Below, piece after piece: positions 39,933-51,567 of a stretch of 64,000 bases of DNA. The translations under genes and the position numbers were made by a program. The DNA is taken from NCBI RefSeq assembly GCF_006345805.1, contig NC_043002.1, forward strand, positions 19,716,001-19,780,000, written 5' to 3'. Source of the stretch: Octopus sinensis. Its lineage: Eukaryota. The notes beneath the pieces were generated by a model that saw only the letters and a program-made list of their open reading frames with translations, had not been told where the DNA came from and ran no database searches. Within the stretch, counting starts at the first letter, position 1. Each line of letters opens with the position of its first letter.

Positions 39933-40052
39933 CTAATCTTCAGTCAGTAATTCCAAGTTAGCTAGATTATTTGTTTTATTCAGAGCTACATACAGCTGGC
40001 TATAACTGAAAACAGGAGGTGAAACAAACAAACCTGCTTTATCAAAAATAGA
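39933..40052 (-). pseudogene. Helitron/PIF1-type helicase C-terminal segment, copy 1
   Basis: SIFDKAGLFVSPPVFSYSQLYVALNKTNNLANLELLTED* aligns by eye with the Helitron RepHel end TFDKVGLYLP.PVFSHGQLYVALSRV....NLKIL. Confidence 0.7.
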
Positions 40053-40831
40053 CTACAAGAAATGTGACTGGTGCTAAGAGCAAAAATCCAGCAAGTTGAT
40101 TCAGTGAATCATTAATAAATAAGTAGAATAGATTCAGAGATTCTCTACAGATGTGGATAATATTGTTAGAGTTACAGAATAAACAAACAAAATCCAATAA
40201 TGCAGTTAGATGGACCACAGTGAATGATGAATGCAGAATGTGAGAAGTGTGTTGCGTGGGGAGAAGGGGTGGAAGGGAGGGAATTGGTGTGAAATATTTC
40301 ATTCCAAAGGGATCATAAAATTTTTATGAATACAACAGTTTTCAAGGCTGGTGTTTTGTCAACAACGATTAACACTCACACCTTCCTTCAGCTCATGCCT
40401 TAATTTTCCTTCTCTCTTCATAACTCAGTATAGCACATTATCCTTTAGCTGATATTTCTAAAGTGTGATACAACCAAGAAACAAATAATCTAGCAACTTG
40501 TCCTGATATAATATATATATATATATATTATATATGTGTGTGTGTGTGTGTTGTGTGTGTGTCTGTGTTTGTCTCCCCAACATCGCTTGACAACCGATGC
40601 TGGTGTGTTTACGTCCCCGTAACTTAGCGGTTCGGCAAAAGAGACCGATAGAATAAGTACTAGGCTTACAATGAATAAGTCCTGGGGTCGATTTGCTCGA
40701 CCAAAGGTGTGCTCCAGCATGGCCACAGTCAATGACTGAAACAAGTAAAAGAGTATATATATTATGCAAAAATATAAAAATATATTTTAATGTAAGAATA
40801 TCTGGATTCTATGATATTGTTCTTGACCTTC

Positions 40832-40951
40832 CTAATCTTCAGTCAGTAATTCCAAGTTAGCTAGATTATTTGTTTTATTCAGAGCTACATACAGCTGGCT
40901 ATAACTGAAAACGGGAGGTGAAACAAACAAACCTGCTTTATCAAAAATAGA
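40832..40951 (-). pseudogene. Helitron/PIF1-type helicase C-terminal segment, copy 2
   Basis: Same peptide; the one difference spotted between copies (CCT/CCC) is synonymous. Confidence 0.7.
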
Positions 40952-41642
40952 CTACAAGAAATGTGACTGGTGCTAAGAGCAAAAATCCAGCAAGTTGATT
41001 CAGTGAATCATTAATAAATAAGTAGAATAGATTCAGAGATTCTCTACAGATGTGGATAATATTGTTAGAGTTACAGAATAAACAACAAAATCCAATAATG
41101 CAGTTAGATGGACCACAGTGAATGATGAATGCAGAATGTGAGAAGTGTGTTGCATGGGGAGAAGGGGTGGAAGGGAGGGAATTGGTGTGAAATATTTCAT
41201 TCCAAAGGGATCATAAAATTTTTATGAATACAACAGTTTTCAAGGCTGGTGTTTTGTCAACAACGATTAACACTCACACCTTCCTTCAGCTCATGCCTTA
41301 ATTTTCCTTCTCTCTTCATAACTCAGTATAGCACATTATCCTTTAGCTGATATTTCTAAAGTGTGATACAACCAAGAAACAAATAATCTAGCAACTTGTC
41401 CTGATATATATATATATATATATATATATCTATCATCATCATCATCATCATCATCGTTTAGTGTCCGCTTTCCATGCTAGCATGGGTTGGACGGTTCAAC
41501 TGGGGTCTGGGAAGCAAGAAAGCTGCACCAGGCCCAGTCTGATCTGGCAATGTTTCTACGGCTGGATGCCCTTCCTAACGCCATATATATATATAATTGT
41601 ATAGTTTTTTAAAAAAATTTTTTAATTAAAATTTTTTTTTTG

Positions 41643-41819
41643 AAAAACATAAAAATGGAGAAGCACAATCTAAGAAGCAGAACAGTCTATATTTATTACT
41701 GCTGAAGGCCTGTATTACTGGCGAGAAACCCAGGGCAACCCTATAAACAGGCCTTCACTAGTAATAAATATAGACTGCTCTACTTCTTAGGGTATGCTTC
41801 TCCTTCGTTTTTATACTTT
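41643..41819. repeat. Inverted repeat/hairpin (core arms 41669-41713 and 41747-41791)
   Basis: 45-bp arms with ~5 mismatches, 33-nt spacer, extendable to ~70 bp; partial second copy near 42030-42075. Confidence 0.9.
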
Positions 41820-42193
41820 CTAAAACAAAAATAAAACTATCTTTTTGCTACCTGGCTGGAGTTTTATGTAGTGTCCACATGGTCTCCACAAAATAGCTGA
41901 CCAGTGCAGCACTTCTGCATATTTTACGGAGGCCACAAGCCCCTCAAATATGGAACAATTTGTTTCTTAAGAAAAGATAGGCCAACAAGTTTTAGGGTCT
42001 GATGCTATGCCATAAAGATACTCTTTATGACGAGAAACCCAGAGTAACCCTATAAACAGGCCTTCACCAGTAATATACATACATATACACACGCACGCAC
42101 ACACACACATATATATACAAACACATCTACAAACACATTCTTTTATTAGTTCCAGCCTGAGGGCTGTGGCCATGCTGTAGCACAGCCTATAAG

Positions 42194-42226
<33 letters not shown>

Positions 42227-42259
42227 AAAATATATTTGTCAACTAAATGTGGCAATGTC

Positions 42260-42336
42260 ATAGAGGACAATGTTACTGTTGTTTTTAACCCCAGGGGTTT
42301 CCTGGAGCTAAAAACAACAGTAGCATCGTCCTCTAT
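42260..42336. repeat. 36-bp-stem hairpin with 5-nt loop
   Basis: atagaggacaatgttactgttgtttttaaccccagg / cctggagctaaaaacaacagtagcatcgtcctctat, 32/36 complementary. Confidence 0.92.
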
Positions 42337-42432
42337 TGGACTGCTACGTTTAGTTGGCAAATATATTTTATGATTCTGTACTGTTACTGTTTACCTCTCG
42401 CTCAGAGATTCAATATAGCTTATTTCTCCTTT

Positions 42433-42480
<48 letters not shown>

Positions 42481-42680
42481 TAGATAGATAGATAGATAGA
42501 TAGATATAATTGTGTGCGTGCGTGTACAATATTTTTTTAATAACAATTATGAAATTAACAGAATAGATATTACTGAGAATTTTTTGCAGTCTTTTAGAGG
42601 AATCAGTCAGCAGATGTGTTGTCTGGTCAACACCTTTTGTTGAATGTGAACGTTCCATATATAAAGGCTGTTGCTCTTAC

Positions 42681-42792
42681 CTCTGTACCTGAGCTACATA
42701 TGTGATGTCATTTGCATTTTGTTCAGGTGATATCAACAGTTTTACAGTGAAGCAATCACAGAAGATGTGTATCACTTGATCAATAAGCTTAC
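42681..42792 (-). CDS. Candidate internal coding exon, 112 nt (KLIDQVIHIFCDCFTVKLLISPEQNANDITYVAQVQ)
   Basis: ttttttttatatttttcag acceptor and GAG|GTAAGA donor; only one open frame (phase 1-2), which hits a stop immediately past the donor. Confidence 0.5.
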
Positions 42793-43133
42793 CTGAAAAA
42801 TATAAAAAAAAAAGAACAATAAATATTCAAATAAAATATTAAAATACATAAACTCTACAAATAAATAAACAAAGCTTGTTGCAAAATTAAATAATAATAT
42901 AGTCTGAATTTTGAGACATTGTGATGAGAGATATGTATCAATTGATTAATGAGTGCAAGTTATCAGCTCAGCTTACTGAAGCAAATCTACAATTATACAG
43001 AGCACACTTTAACGATATATAGTGAAGCTTTGACATTTTGGAAATGAATTTATGAAGGCTTATCTTTTAAATTTTATTACTTTCAGTTAATGGACAGAGG
43101 CCATGCTAGGGCATTGCTTCGAAGGGCTTAGAT

Positions 43134-43486
43134 TAGGGGTTCTCAACCATTTTTTATCTATGGACTCCTTTGATTTTTATTTTATTCTGGTGGACCTCTA
43201 TAGCCATTCAATGTTTATAAACTAGTTTTATAGAAATGTCTTTCAAAATTCCTATTTTGTTTTTCCCATATTAATTTGTCTTGGTTGAACTATGTAAAAC
43301 ATTCAAGAAAGAAACCCAGCTGTTTCTTGTAATACATACCAATACATACATCTCAAGCAAATTTTTTTTCAGGGGCCTTTAAATTTACTATTGTGGATTC
43401 CGAATTTATTCTTTTGTTGCGTGGACCCCCCAAAAAATCTTTCATGGATTCTCAGGGGCCATATGGACTCTAGTTGAGAACCACTG
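43134..43486. mobile_element. hAT-type MITE
   Basis: TIRs taggggttctcaac / gttgagaaccactg; 8-bp flanks gcttagat / gttcagat (degenerate TSD). Confidence 0.75.
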
Positions 43487-45277
43487 GTTCAGATGAATAA
43501 ATCAACTCTGGCACTTAATTTTTAAGTCTGGTATTTATTTTAGTGGTGTCTTTTGTTGAATTGGTACGGGGACATAAACAAACCAACAGCAGTTGTGAAG
43601 CAGTGGTGGGGCACACATACATACATAGATGCATAGGCACACACACACACACAAATATATATAACAGGCTTCCACACAGTTTCCAGCTACCAAGTTCACA
43701 CACAAGGCATGTTTTGTCCCAGGGCTATAGTAGAAGAAACTTAGTGCTGTGCAGTGGGATTGAACCCCAAACCATGAAATTTCAAAGCAAGCTTCTTACT
43801 CTCATAGTCATGCCTCCATCTTATTAAGATATAGGTTCCAGATCACCTAAAATCAGATGGCCTCACACACCCATATATATATATATATATGATGAGCTTC
43901 TTTCAGTTTCCACCTACCAAATCCACTCACAAAGCTTTGATCAGCCCAAAGCTATAGTACACTTGCCCAAGGTGCATGCAGTAGGACTGAACTCAGAACC
44001 ATGTGGTAGGGAAGCAAACTTCTTATCACACAACCACAGAATTATTAATTTGTGGAACTGGGTCGGTGATTAGTTCGCAGTTGATATGTCAAAAATTTTT
44101 ATATGATAATAATCATAATGATAATAATAATAATCATAATGATAATAATAATAATAATAATGATAATAATAATAATAATAATGAAATTATTGTGTATAGT
44201 GCTCAGGTGCACTACAACTCATCAAAGGTGCATGTACAGTACATAGAATTATGTACAAAAGTCAGGAAAGGGAACAGTGTATGAGTCATGATATACATAT
44301 AAGCATGTGTATGGAGAGGTGTAGTGTTTGACAGAGTAATCTGAATGCTAAAGGGTTATATTGGAAATCTCTATGTGGGTACTCATCCTGCTAGAAATAC
44401 CAGCCAATTGTCTTCATTTTTTCTATGCACCAAGCTGCTACTGATTAGAAAACTCACAACAATAAGTGATATTAACATCACAAACTCAGTCCTTTCATTG
44501 TCCATCACCATCATCACTCCATGGGTTCCAACACCAAGCAAAACTATCCCCATATCCAGCAATACTAATGCTAACAACATTATAATAAAAAGACATCACC
44601 ATCAAAATGAGTTGGTTGAGCCTTTATGTAATTGATGGACCTGCTAGAAATAGCAGCCACATTTATCTGAAGTCACACCTCTCCCACCATCTTCAAAAGG
44701 GCATGTTGGATAATGTGGTGCTGGATTCTCTGTACATAGGTTAAAGATGGAATGGGTACATGTGGAATGGCTGTGCAGGGAATCTCTTTTGTCAAAGGAA
44801 TACTCAACTAAAATTGAGGCGGGGACTAAACAACATCAAACCTCATGAAACTACCACCAGCAAAAGTACCCCACAAAAACCAAAAAAAAAAAAAAAACAT
44901 AATCTCACCCCAAGCATTCCTCACCCCCCAAAAAGCACTATTGCCATCACTATTTCCAGCAACAGCAGCAGCACTTCCACCACCACCACCAAAACCACCA
45001 CCAGTGCCACCACTACCACCGCAGTCACCACCATCACTGCCATCCACATTCATTTTGTGGTCCTTATGATTAAATAAATATCAAGCAGTGAAATCACATT
45101 AGGACTGATGTAATTATACAAAGGCATAAACATACAAGTGGGTGTGTCTGTGTGTGTATATATAGAGTCATACATACACACATACATGGGTGTGTACAGG
45201 TGTGTGTATATGTGTTTGTGACTCCTTGCTGATTGATCTGTATAAACATATGTAAATGGGTGACCACAAACATGCAT

Positions 45278-45309
<32 letters not shown>

Positions 45310-45778
45310 ACACACACATGCACAGTTTACTTTGGTATTTTCACAAAAACAAAATATCATTGCATGTAGAGTTGTATAAGGTGTGTGCATGCATGTGCAG
45401 TATTGCTTGTTGAGGATGTAGAATGGAGATCATATACTTCATTAGTTTCTCTTTGTTGTTCTTGGTGTTATTTTAGTTTGTTGTGTAGCTTATTTTACAA
45501 AGTGAGCTGTGCTGTTGGGTAGGGTAGTCTTTCAAATGTTCTGTGCAGTTGGTGTTACATGTTTTAGTGTCCAGCAATAATTGTCTAACACAGTGGTTCT
45601 TAACCTTTTCTTGTTGTAGCACCCTCCTTTTTAAGTAGTTGTTATGCCTGGCACCCACCTAAGCAGCAAATGAGGTATCACAACTAAACTAAACTCACTT
45701 AACATGGATGATAATTTTACAAATTTTACTCTAAAAATGGATTGTATAAATGATAAAAAATTAATAAAGACAATAGTT

Positions 45779-46194
45779 ACTCTTTATTCTTTTATTTGTT
45801 TCAGTCATTTGACTGTGGCCATGCTGGAGCACCGCCTTTTTTAGTCAAGCAAATCGACCCCAGAACTTATTCTTTGTAAGCCTAGTACTTATTCTATCGG
45901 TCTCTTTTGCCGAACCACTAAGTTACAGGGAAACAAACGCACCAGCATTGGTTGTCAAGCGATGTGGGGGGGGGGGAGAACAAACACAGACACATAAACA
46001 TATACACACACATACATATATATATATATACATACATATATACGATGGGCTTCTTCCATTTTCCGTCTACCAAATCCACTCACAAGGCTTTGGTCAGCCC
46101 AAGACTATAACAGAAGACACATGCCCAAGGTGCTACACAGTGGGACTGAACCCAGAACCATGTGGTTCATAAGCAAGCTACTTACCACACAGCC
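45779..46194 (-). mobile_element. SINE family A, full length
   Basis: Consensus match. Confidence 0.9.
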
Positions 46195-47140
46195 TTGTAA
46201 ATTTACTTTATACTAATCTAAAGTGGATTATGATTTTATAAATTTTACTCTAAAAATGGATTGTATAAACGATAAAAAATTACTAAAGACAAAAGTTGTA
46301 AATTTACTTTATACATAGCAAGTTAATGACTTCCCTCTGCCTAATGAGATCTCATTTTATGTTGATAAGCATTTTACTAGTTTTATCATGCATAATATAA
46401 TTACTACTGTAGATAAAATCTGATATGTCAATTATGTTACCTCACCACCCGCTAAAGCCTAATGCCCCATTCAAAATGTGCAGTGCTCCCTTGGGGATGG
46501 CACCACCCATATTGAGAACCTCTTGTGTAGAGTATGTGCTGTGAGCAATGTGTGTTATTAATAATGGGTTACAGTTGCATAGAAAGTAAGTTCTGAAAGG
46601 TTTTAATGTTATAAAGTTAGATGGCGGTGGAGGTGGGAAGCAGGGATAGACTAAGACCCATAGAGGCCCTAAGCACTTAAAGGATTTTGGTGCTCCCATA
46701 TATATGTAATTCTAGATATAAACAATAGTAGTAAGCCATCAGATAAATTTTTACTTTTCAAAATGAAACAAAACTAACAGTAAGATGGAAAATAATGTTT
46801 ATTTTTATACTCTTCCACTTTACTTATATTTGGAAACTTTTCCTCTACTTTTTGTTAATTACTAAGTCTTTGATCAGATCCTCAAAATTAATTTTAAGTA
46901 ACACTTCTGCTTTTATACTCAGTAGAGATAAGGCATCCCAAATACTATTTCAGCAAGTTTAAAGTGACTTCTCTTGTACCGTACACCATTTACCATTTCT
47001 GTGGTTCCCCTACTTCCCTTGGTGCCCTAAACAAGTGCTTATTTTGCTTGATAGTTAATCCAGGGCTGGTGGCTGGTTGTAAGAGTCTGGATTATGATAT
47101 TTTAATGAGTGGTGATTGTATAGGCAATGTGTTGTGTCTT

Positions 47141-47625
47141 CTGGAATTTGCATCACCGGTCTGGAACTCCTATCTTGCCCAGGATATTAATTGTCTGGAA
47201 GCCGTTCAGCGACGTGCAGCCAAGAGAATACCCTCCATCAGGCATTTGCCATATTCTGAACACCTTACTTCCCTTGGCATGGATACATTGAAACTCCGAC
47301 GACTGGCAGCTGACTTGGCAGACACCCATAAAATTATTAACCATCTTACAAACAATAACTCTGAGCACCTTTTCAAAATCCACCTGTCTAACACCCGTGG
47401 ACATGTTTACAAAGTCAGAAAACAGCACAGCTCCCATGACTTTCGGAAACATTCTTTCATGCTAAGAGTTGCTGAAGTATGGAATAAACTGCCAGCATCA
47501 GTTGTTAGTTGTCGGAGTACTGCATCCTTCAAAACTTCCATGCTTCCTGAGATTCGCCAACACTACACCTGATTTTCTCCCCTCCATACACACGCAAGCA
47601 TGTATCTGACTCATACACTGTTCAC
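47141..47625 (+). mobile_element. CR1-group LINE 3' fragment (RT C-terminus plus part of 3' UTR)
   Basis: EFASPVWNSYLAQDINCLEAVQRRAAKRIP..LKLRRLAADL..TRGHVYK..FMLRVAEVWNKLP are typical CR1 C-terminal motifs. Confidence 0.92.
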
Positions 47626-47626
47626 T

Positions 47627-47950
47627 TGCCATGGTTATGAATGACCATGAGATGCACCTAGAAAATTTCCTCTCCAAGGCACAAGTCCAGGCAAGGTTGT
47701 TTATGGAAGACCAGCAGTTGCCCATTTATACCAGCCTCTCCTCTCAACACCACCAATGTTATCCAAGGGAAAGGCAAATGCTGATACAGTTTGGCGCCAG
47801 TGACTCTACAACTCATTTCTACAGTTGAGTGAACTGGAGCAACGTGAAATAGTGTGTTTTGCTCAAGAACACAGCACACAACCCAGTCTGAGAATTGAAC
47901 TCACTATCTCATGATTGTGAGCCCGATGCTCTAACCACTGAGCCATGCAC
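47627..47950 (-). mobile_element. SINE family G
   Basis: Matches 38715-39165. Confidence 0.75.
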
Positions 47951-47994
47951 ATTCACATTCACTTATATGCAATGGGAACAGGTAACTGACCCTA

Positions 47995-48420
47995 TAATCT
48001 TTTCTACTCTAGACACAAGGCCCAAAATTTTTGGGGCAGGAACCAGTCAATTAGATCGACCCCAGTACACAACTGGTACTTAATTTATTGACCCCGAAAG
48101 GATGAAAGGCAAAATCAACCTTGGCAGAATTTGAACTCGGAATGTAAAGACAGATGAAATACTGCTAAGCATTTTACCCAGCGTGCTAACGTTTCTTATT
48201 TCTTTATTGCCCACAAGGGACTAAACATAGAGGGGACATACAAGGACAGACAAAAGGAATAAGCCGAAGACATCAACTCCAGTGCATAACTGGTACTTAA
48301 TTTATCGACCCCGAAAGGATGAAAGGCAAAGTTGACCTTGGCAGACTTTGAACTCAGAATATAAAGACAGATGAAATACAGCTAAGCATTTTGCCCAATA
48401 TTCTAACGTTTCTGCCAACT
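47995..48420 (-). mobile_element. Two consecutive SINE family B copies (alternative tails)
   Basis: Both carry cctttcatcctttcggggtc.ataaattaagtacc (minus strand); one ends agtcccttgtgggcaataaagaaataag. Confidence 0.85.
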
Positions 48421-49679
48421 CAAAACAGTTATGTCCAGGAGTTACTTTTACCTTTACCACCTCACAAGTGGTCTATGGGAAGCTTTAACAGAATCCATTC
48501 CGTTACAAGCATTTGGACCAGGTCCTTCATTTGGTCTGAGTTATAATTTTGTCTTCCCTCTATCCCACCAGGTACAGAGGTTCTGCAAAACGTATCATGG
48601 GCACATGAAAATAATAGAAATGAACAATTAATGTCCAAATACTTCTCATATGGATATGAAACCAATGATAGCATTGCGTCTCAAGTTTGTGGTAAGTAGA
48701 AGTAAAATTGTTCAAGACCTTAATGATTTAATTGGCAAACTAGAAGATGAAATTTTATAAGTACTTATAGTTATTTTGTCGACCCCCTAGAAAAACAGAA
48801 GGTAACGTTAACCTTGGCATGATTCAAATTCGGGATATAAAGATATATTATAATAAGGAATTATATCTGGCACAGATTCCACCATAACAATAGCAACAAC
48901 AACAATGGTAATAAATGATGACTTGAAAAAAAAAGAAAAAAAAGAGGGGATAATGACAAAACTATCATTGTTTTATATGATAACTAAAAACGTTTGTAGA
49001 GTTGGTTTGTTTCACAGAAAGAAGGAAAACAAGATAATCACAAAAAAGAAAAATAGAAAAAAAACATTGTGAAGAGTAAATAAATAAAAATGCAGTGAAC
49101 AAACTGAATATGACACCAAGATATTTGCTGCAATCAATAAATGGATTTTTTCATGCTCCCTTGTTGTTGTTGTTGTTGTTTTTGTAAAAGTAATGGCAGC
49201 AGCAACGGTGGCAGTGGTGATGGTGGTGGTGCTTACAGTATGTTTTGTTTTTGTTTTGCCATTCCGAATGCATGGAATCAAATATCGATACAAAAAAAAA
49301 ACAAACATCAGATCAGATAAAGTATGGGTTTGGTGGAGAAGGGAAAGAAGAGAGAGAGAGAGAAGGAGGAGGAGAGAAGAAAGTTATAATTAAGAGAGAG
49401 AGAGAGAAAAAAGGAGAGAGACTGTGTTATGAGAGACAGAAAGAAGAGGATGAGAGTTGACCAACAGAAGAGACTTGACTCCCTCTCTCGTCCTATTTTC
49501 TCCTTCTCTTCCCTCTCTTTCTTTCTCAACACTTTTCATCTCCAATTTTCTCAACTGCTATTCTCACCCTTTTATTCCATAACTTTCTCTCTACTCCTCC
49601 ACCTATCTGTCAATTTATCATCTTATCTGTATACCTGTCTGTTCACTAATTCTCTCTCTCTCTCCTCTTCTGCACACAT

Positions 49680-49751
<72 letters not shown>

Positions 49752-50170
49752 ACACACACAGTGATATTCATTCAGTTTGTCTAAGACCCTGTTTTTCTAT
49801 ACTAGCATAGATTGGACTGGATTATTTCAGGTAGTATCTTATTGCCAGATGCCCCTCCTGTTATCAACCCTTATCTGTTTTAAAAATAAGGGATCTTTTT
49901 ATTCCCCTGATATTTATACCTGCAGAATGAACAGTCATAATGTCAACAAGAAATGCTTACATGGCAAAATGCAAAACCATGAATTATCAATATTCATGCA
50001 CACACACATGTAAACATGTATGTATGTATATATATATCTTCCTAACCAAATGATTCTGGGTTCAGTCCCACTGCATGGCACCTTGGACAAGTGTCTTCTA
50101 CTATAACCTAGGGCCAACCAAAGGCTTGTGAGTGGATTTGGTAGACGGAAACTGAAAGGAGCCTATTGTG

Positions 50171-50203
<33 letters not shown>

Positions 50204-50587
50204 TTATGTGTGTGTGTGTCTGTGTTTGTCCCCTCACTATTGCTTGACAACCAATGTTCCATAGTATGGTGTCACCTCTTACTTGTTTTCAGTCAAGTAC
50301 TTTATTCCACTGATCATTGCAAGTTGAACTGCTAAGCTGGAGTGTGGGGACATATTCTTTATGTAGGATATAAGCAAAAATTATCGTTGCCTAAGTGATA
50401 TCAGTGTGAAGACACATGGAAACAAACATACACGCATGTCTGTGAGTGTATATATTTATATATATGAGTATATAGAGCAACATAATTTCTGGTAGACATC
50501 ATGGATTTCCTGCATCTCTCCATCCAGCTGCCTAAGCCCAACAAACTAGGTTTCTGTAAGAAGTCTTAGGGTCAAGTCAACCTGTTT

Positions 50588-50620
<33 letters not shown>

Positions 50621-50627
50621 TAATAAT

Positions 50628-50905
50628 AAGTAATTGGTGCATTGGGAATGATAAAGAAGGGAGCTAAGAAGTATATTAAGCAACTCCTTGGTAACTCCAA
50701 GTTCCGTGAACTACAAAAGATAACCTTGATGGATACAGCCCATCCATATACTACGGAAAGCACTCTCCATCTAAAATGGAATAAATCTGGTGATAATTTT
50801 AGCATGCATAGCAAAACAAAAGTGCCCTTGCTAATCTTGGCCTCTGGAGGATACCCAGTACTAAGGCAGCTGTTAATAAAGTTATGATGAAAGGAAACCA
50901 TAAAT
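50628..50905 (+). mobile_element. R4/Dong-type LINE 3' fragment in an (AAT)n tract
   Basis: VIGALGMIKKGAKKYIKQLLGNSKFRELQKITLMDTAH is the RLE-LINE C-terminal motif (IGALG..LQK..L.GTA); (AAT)n on both sides. Confidence 0.75.
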
Positions 50906-51176
50906 GATAATAATAATAACAATCCTTTCTACTAAAGGCACAAAGCCTGAAATTACATCAACCCCAGAATTTCACTAGTGCTTAATTTATCAACTTCAAA
51001 AGGAAGAAAGGCAAAATCTACCTCAGCGGAATTTGAACTCAGAATGTAAAGATGGATGAAATGCCGCAGAGCATTTCACCTTGCATACTAATGATTCTGC
51101 CAGCTCACCACATCATCATCATCATCGTTTAACATGACTGAAAACAATACCTTCGCCTTCGCTAAGGTGGAGATAA

Positions 51177-51567
51177 TAAATGCCCTGATGCAGTACCAGG
51201 CACTGGCCCTCGTGGCTTCTGATCTTAACTGATTGGAATTGCTATCAAGTACATTGTTTTGTCTTGGAGTAAAAGATGGGCTACAGCAATTATTCTGCTC
51301 AATACCACAGATTTGTTTGACCGTCAGTTGTTTGACCGTAACCAGTTGAATGAAATGGGCTACTCAACCTGAAGAAAATTCTAACTGGGCCCTACCTGGA
51401 AAGTCATGTGCTGTTCATCATGATATGAGATCACCATGCCGCACACACATATAGTTGTGATGCATGTGCCTGGCATACCCTTATCAGACAGGGTATCATG
51501 ATCGGTATACTGGGCTTTGTATATTTTACCCCAGTGTCACTTTGATAGCATGCACTTCTCCCTCACT
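51177..51567 (+). mobile_element. Family D repeat, copy 4 (internally deleted)
   Basis: Same start as copy 2 and the same end. Confidence 0.8.

Larger units (their letters stand above)
39653..41408. repeat. Near-identical tandem duplication, unit ~0.9 kb (~39653-40510 and ~40553-41408)
   Basis: Direct comparison shows only a handful of substitutions and 1-bp indels; period 898-901 bp. Confidence 0.97.

Noticed and set aside
46964-47572. 202-aa ORF as a host gene
   Set aside because: The C-terminal three quarters is CR1 ORF2; the N-terminal part is unrelated flanking DNA read in frame.
48572-48691. Plus-strand 120-nt exon with good splice sites (TEVLQNVSWAHENN...)
   Set aside because: Its acceptor and 5' part are the antisense of a repeat also seen at ~15170-15290 (gacctggtccaaatg block), so it is likely fortuitous. 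Exonisation is not excluded.
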